DNA of 64,000 nucleotides from Selaginella moellendorffii (Eukaryota; Plantae; Lycopodiophyta): NCBI RefSeq assembly GCF_000143415.4, contig NW_003314273.1, positions 2,286,544 to 2,350,543 of the forward strand, read 5' to 3'. Shown piece by piece: positions 62,595 to 64,000 of this stretch (position 1 is its first letter; each line of letters starts with the position of its first letter). The notes under the pieces were generated by a model. It saw only the letters and a program-made list of their open reading frames with translations, ran no database searches and was not told where the DNA came from. The position numbers and the translations under genes were made by a program.

Positions 62595-64000
62595 TTTACT
62601 TCTATATTGCAAATGTGATTTCGGGTATTGAAAATTATCTGTTAGTTAGTCCTTACAAACACTCTTTCCTTACAGCCACAATGGCAGAAGGTTGGTATTG
62701 CTAGTTCCCTTTATCAACCCCTCTTGTTCAAGTGTTAGTTTATTAGACTTAGCATTTGTACTTAGCTAGATGGACATAAGGTAGGAACTCCTATGTGTTT
62801 CTAGCTGAGCATACTCGGTTTGGCTCTTAGTTCTCTTTTACTCTATCTTGCACTAGTTTGACAAGAACTCTTGCATATTGAGACTAGTCCCTCAATATCG
62901 TTGGATAGTAACTTACCGTGTTTGCCAAACACCCTCACTATTATGCCTTTTGTGTTAGTCTTATTTTTGTCTCAAATGCTATTTATGGAAAGTGTCTAGA
63001 TTTGCTTATTTGGCACATTTATGGAATGTAGAGATTGTCTTAAACACAATGGTGTTCGTCCCGTGCCCAAATTCACAATCTATAGCATTCCATATTTAAT
63101 AAGTTTCGAACTTGTCTCAGAGATTAACTCCTGATACCAAAGGAGGCTTGGGGTGAAACCCCAAAGCATATGTTCCTAGAGGGGGGGTTTTAAATGTATA
63201 GGTAGGGATAATGGGTAGGTTAGACATGACTGATTAACATGAGGTATAGTCTAGCTCCCATATACGTGTTTGTCCTTGTTTTGCATTTGGCTTGGGTCTA
63301 AGCCCAAGTTCCATTTCATGGTAGCTAGTGGAGTATCCTTGCGTTAGGCCACTGGTATGCTGAAATAATGTTAAACTCCATTTGGCTCTGTTTTGTGTGC
63401 TAGTCCTGGCATTAAAATGCTAGATACTCTAGGACTGTTTTAAGTCAGTTCGTGCTTTTGTCCTTTCACTCTTTGGGCTTGGGAGATGTTCTGTGCTCTA
63501 GTGCCATTGCTCCTTGGCTCCATACTTGGGAGTTTAGCACTGTTCCTTCATTTAGTGGCCCAAGGCTCTGAAACTCGGGTTCCACACCACTGTCCCTTAG
63601 ACATGTGGCATATGGCACATAGTATATGACACATGGCACATGAAAGGTTTAGGTTCTGCTTCCGTGGCTATCCTATGGTAAATCACCATAGGATAAAGGG
63701 TAAAAACCATATGTGCTACATTTGGTATTAGAGGATGAGTCTTGGCAAGTACTATCCAATGAGATTGGGCAGCTAGTCTCATTGCATATGCAGAGATGAA
63801 AATGATGATCTGAATAGGTACACATTTGGGTGCAAAAGCTTCACATTAGTTCCTTAGGTATGGATTTTGGTTACCTTTTTGTACCGTAATAATGTGAGCT
63901 TGCTCTTGGGCTCATAAAGGATTGAGTTGTTCCATTTCACACGAGTTTATGCTTGGGCTTGTGAGAGAGGCACATTAGCAACTCAAGGTTACACTTTGAG
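62595..64000 (+). mobile_element. Second copy of the internal-PPT-LTR-PBS-internal relic (LTR ends 63720); runs off the window
   Basis: Colinear with 19640-21000; G-run PPT at 63179-63187, ..GCTACA|tttggtattagag PBS. Carries the empty site (ttgggctc) of the fold-back Cassandra insertion. Confidence 0.8.

Overview
Plant nuclear DNA, most likely a lycophyte of the Selaginella type (inference from very compact GC-rich genes with introns mostly 50-130 nt, and from the TE complement). There are two gene islands. The first (1-5.6 kb) holds a PP2A B' subunit and a GAUT1-like glycosyltransferase. The second (37.5-52.4 kb) holds an unknown repeat protein, a FAMA/SMF-type bHLH, PARN, PI4K-gamma and an MRS2 Mg transporter. 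They are separated and followed by AT-rich nested-TE blocks containing: two copies plus a solo LTR of a short-LTR Ty3/gypsy family, an Athila-like fragment with an extra 3' ORF, a TRIM, Cassandra-type TRIMs carrying 5S-rRNA-derived promoter boxes, two Helitron relics, a MULE with perfect 9-bp TSD, and a MITE. Most notable observations: (1) a palindromic (fold-back) 5S-containing Cassandra derivative apparently integrated as one unit; (2) an intact intronless secreted protein with a possible fungal Ecp2/Hce2-like domain fused to a GNA/bulb-type lectin; (3) a Helitron 3' end that appears to supply the last codons and stop of a host gene; (4) an orphan 154-aa ORF with a duplicated WAQWPxLDT motif; (5) a helically phased cluster of SBP/SPL-type sites upstream of MRS2. 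All alignments were done by eye; no searches were run.
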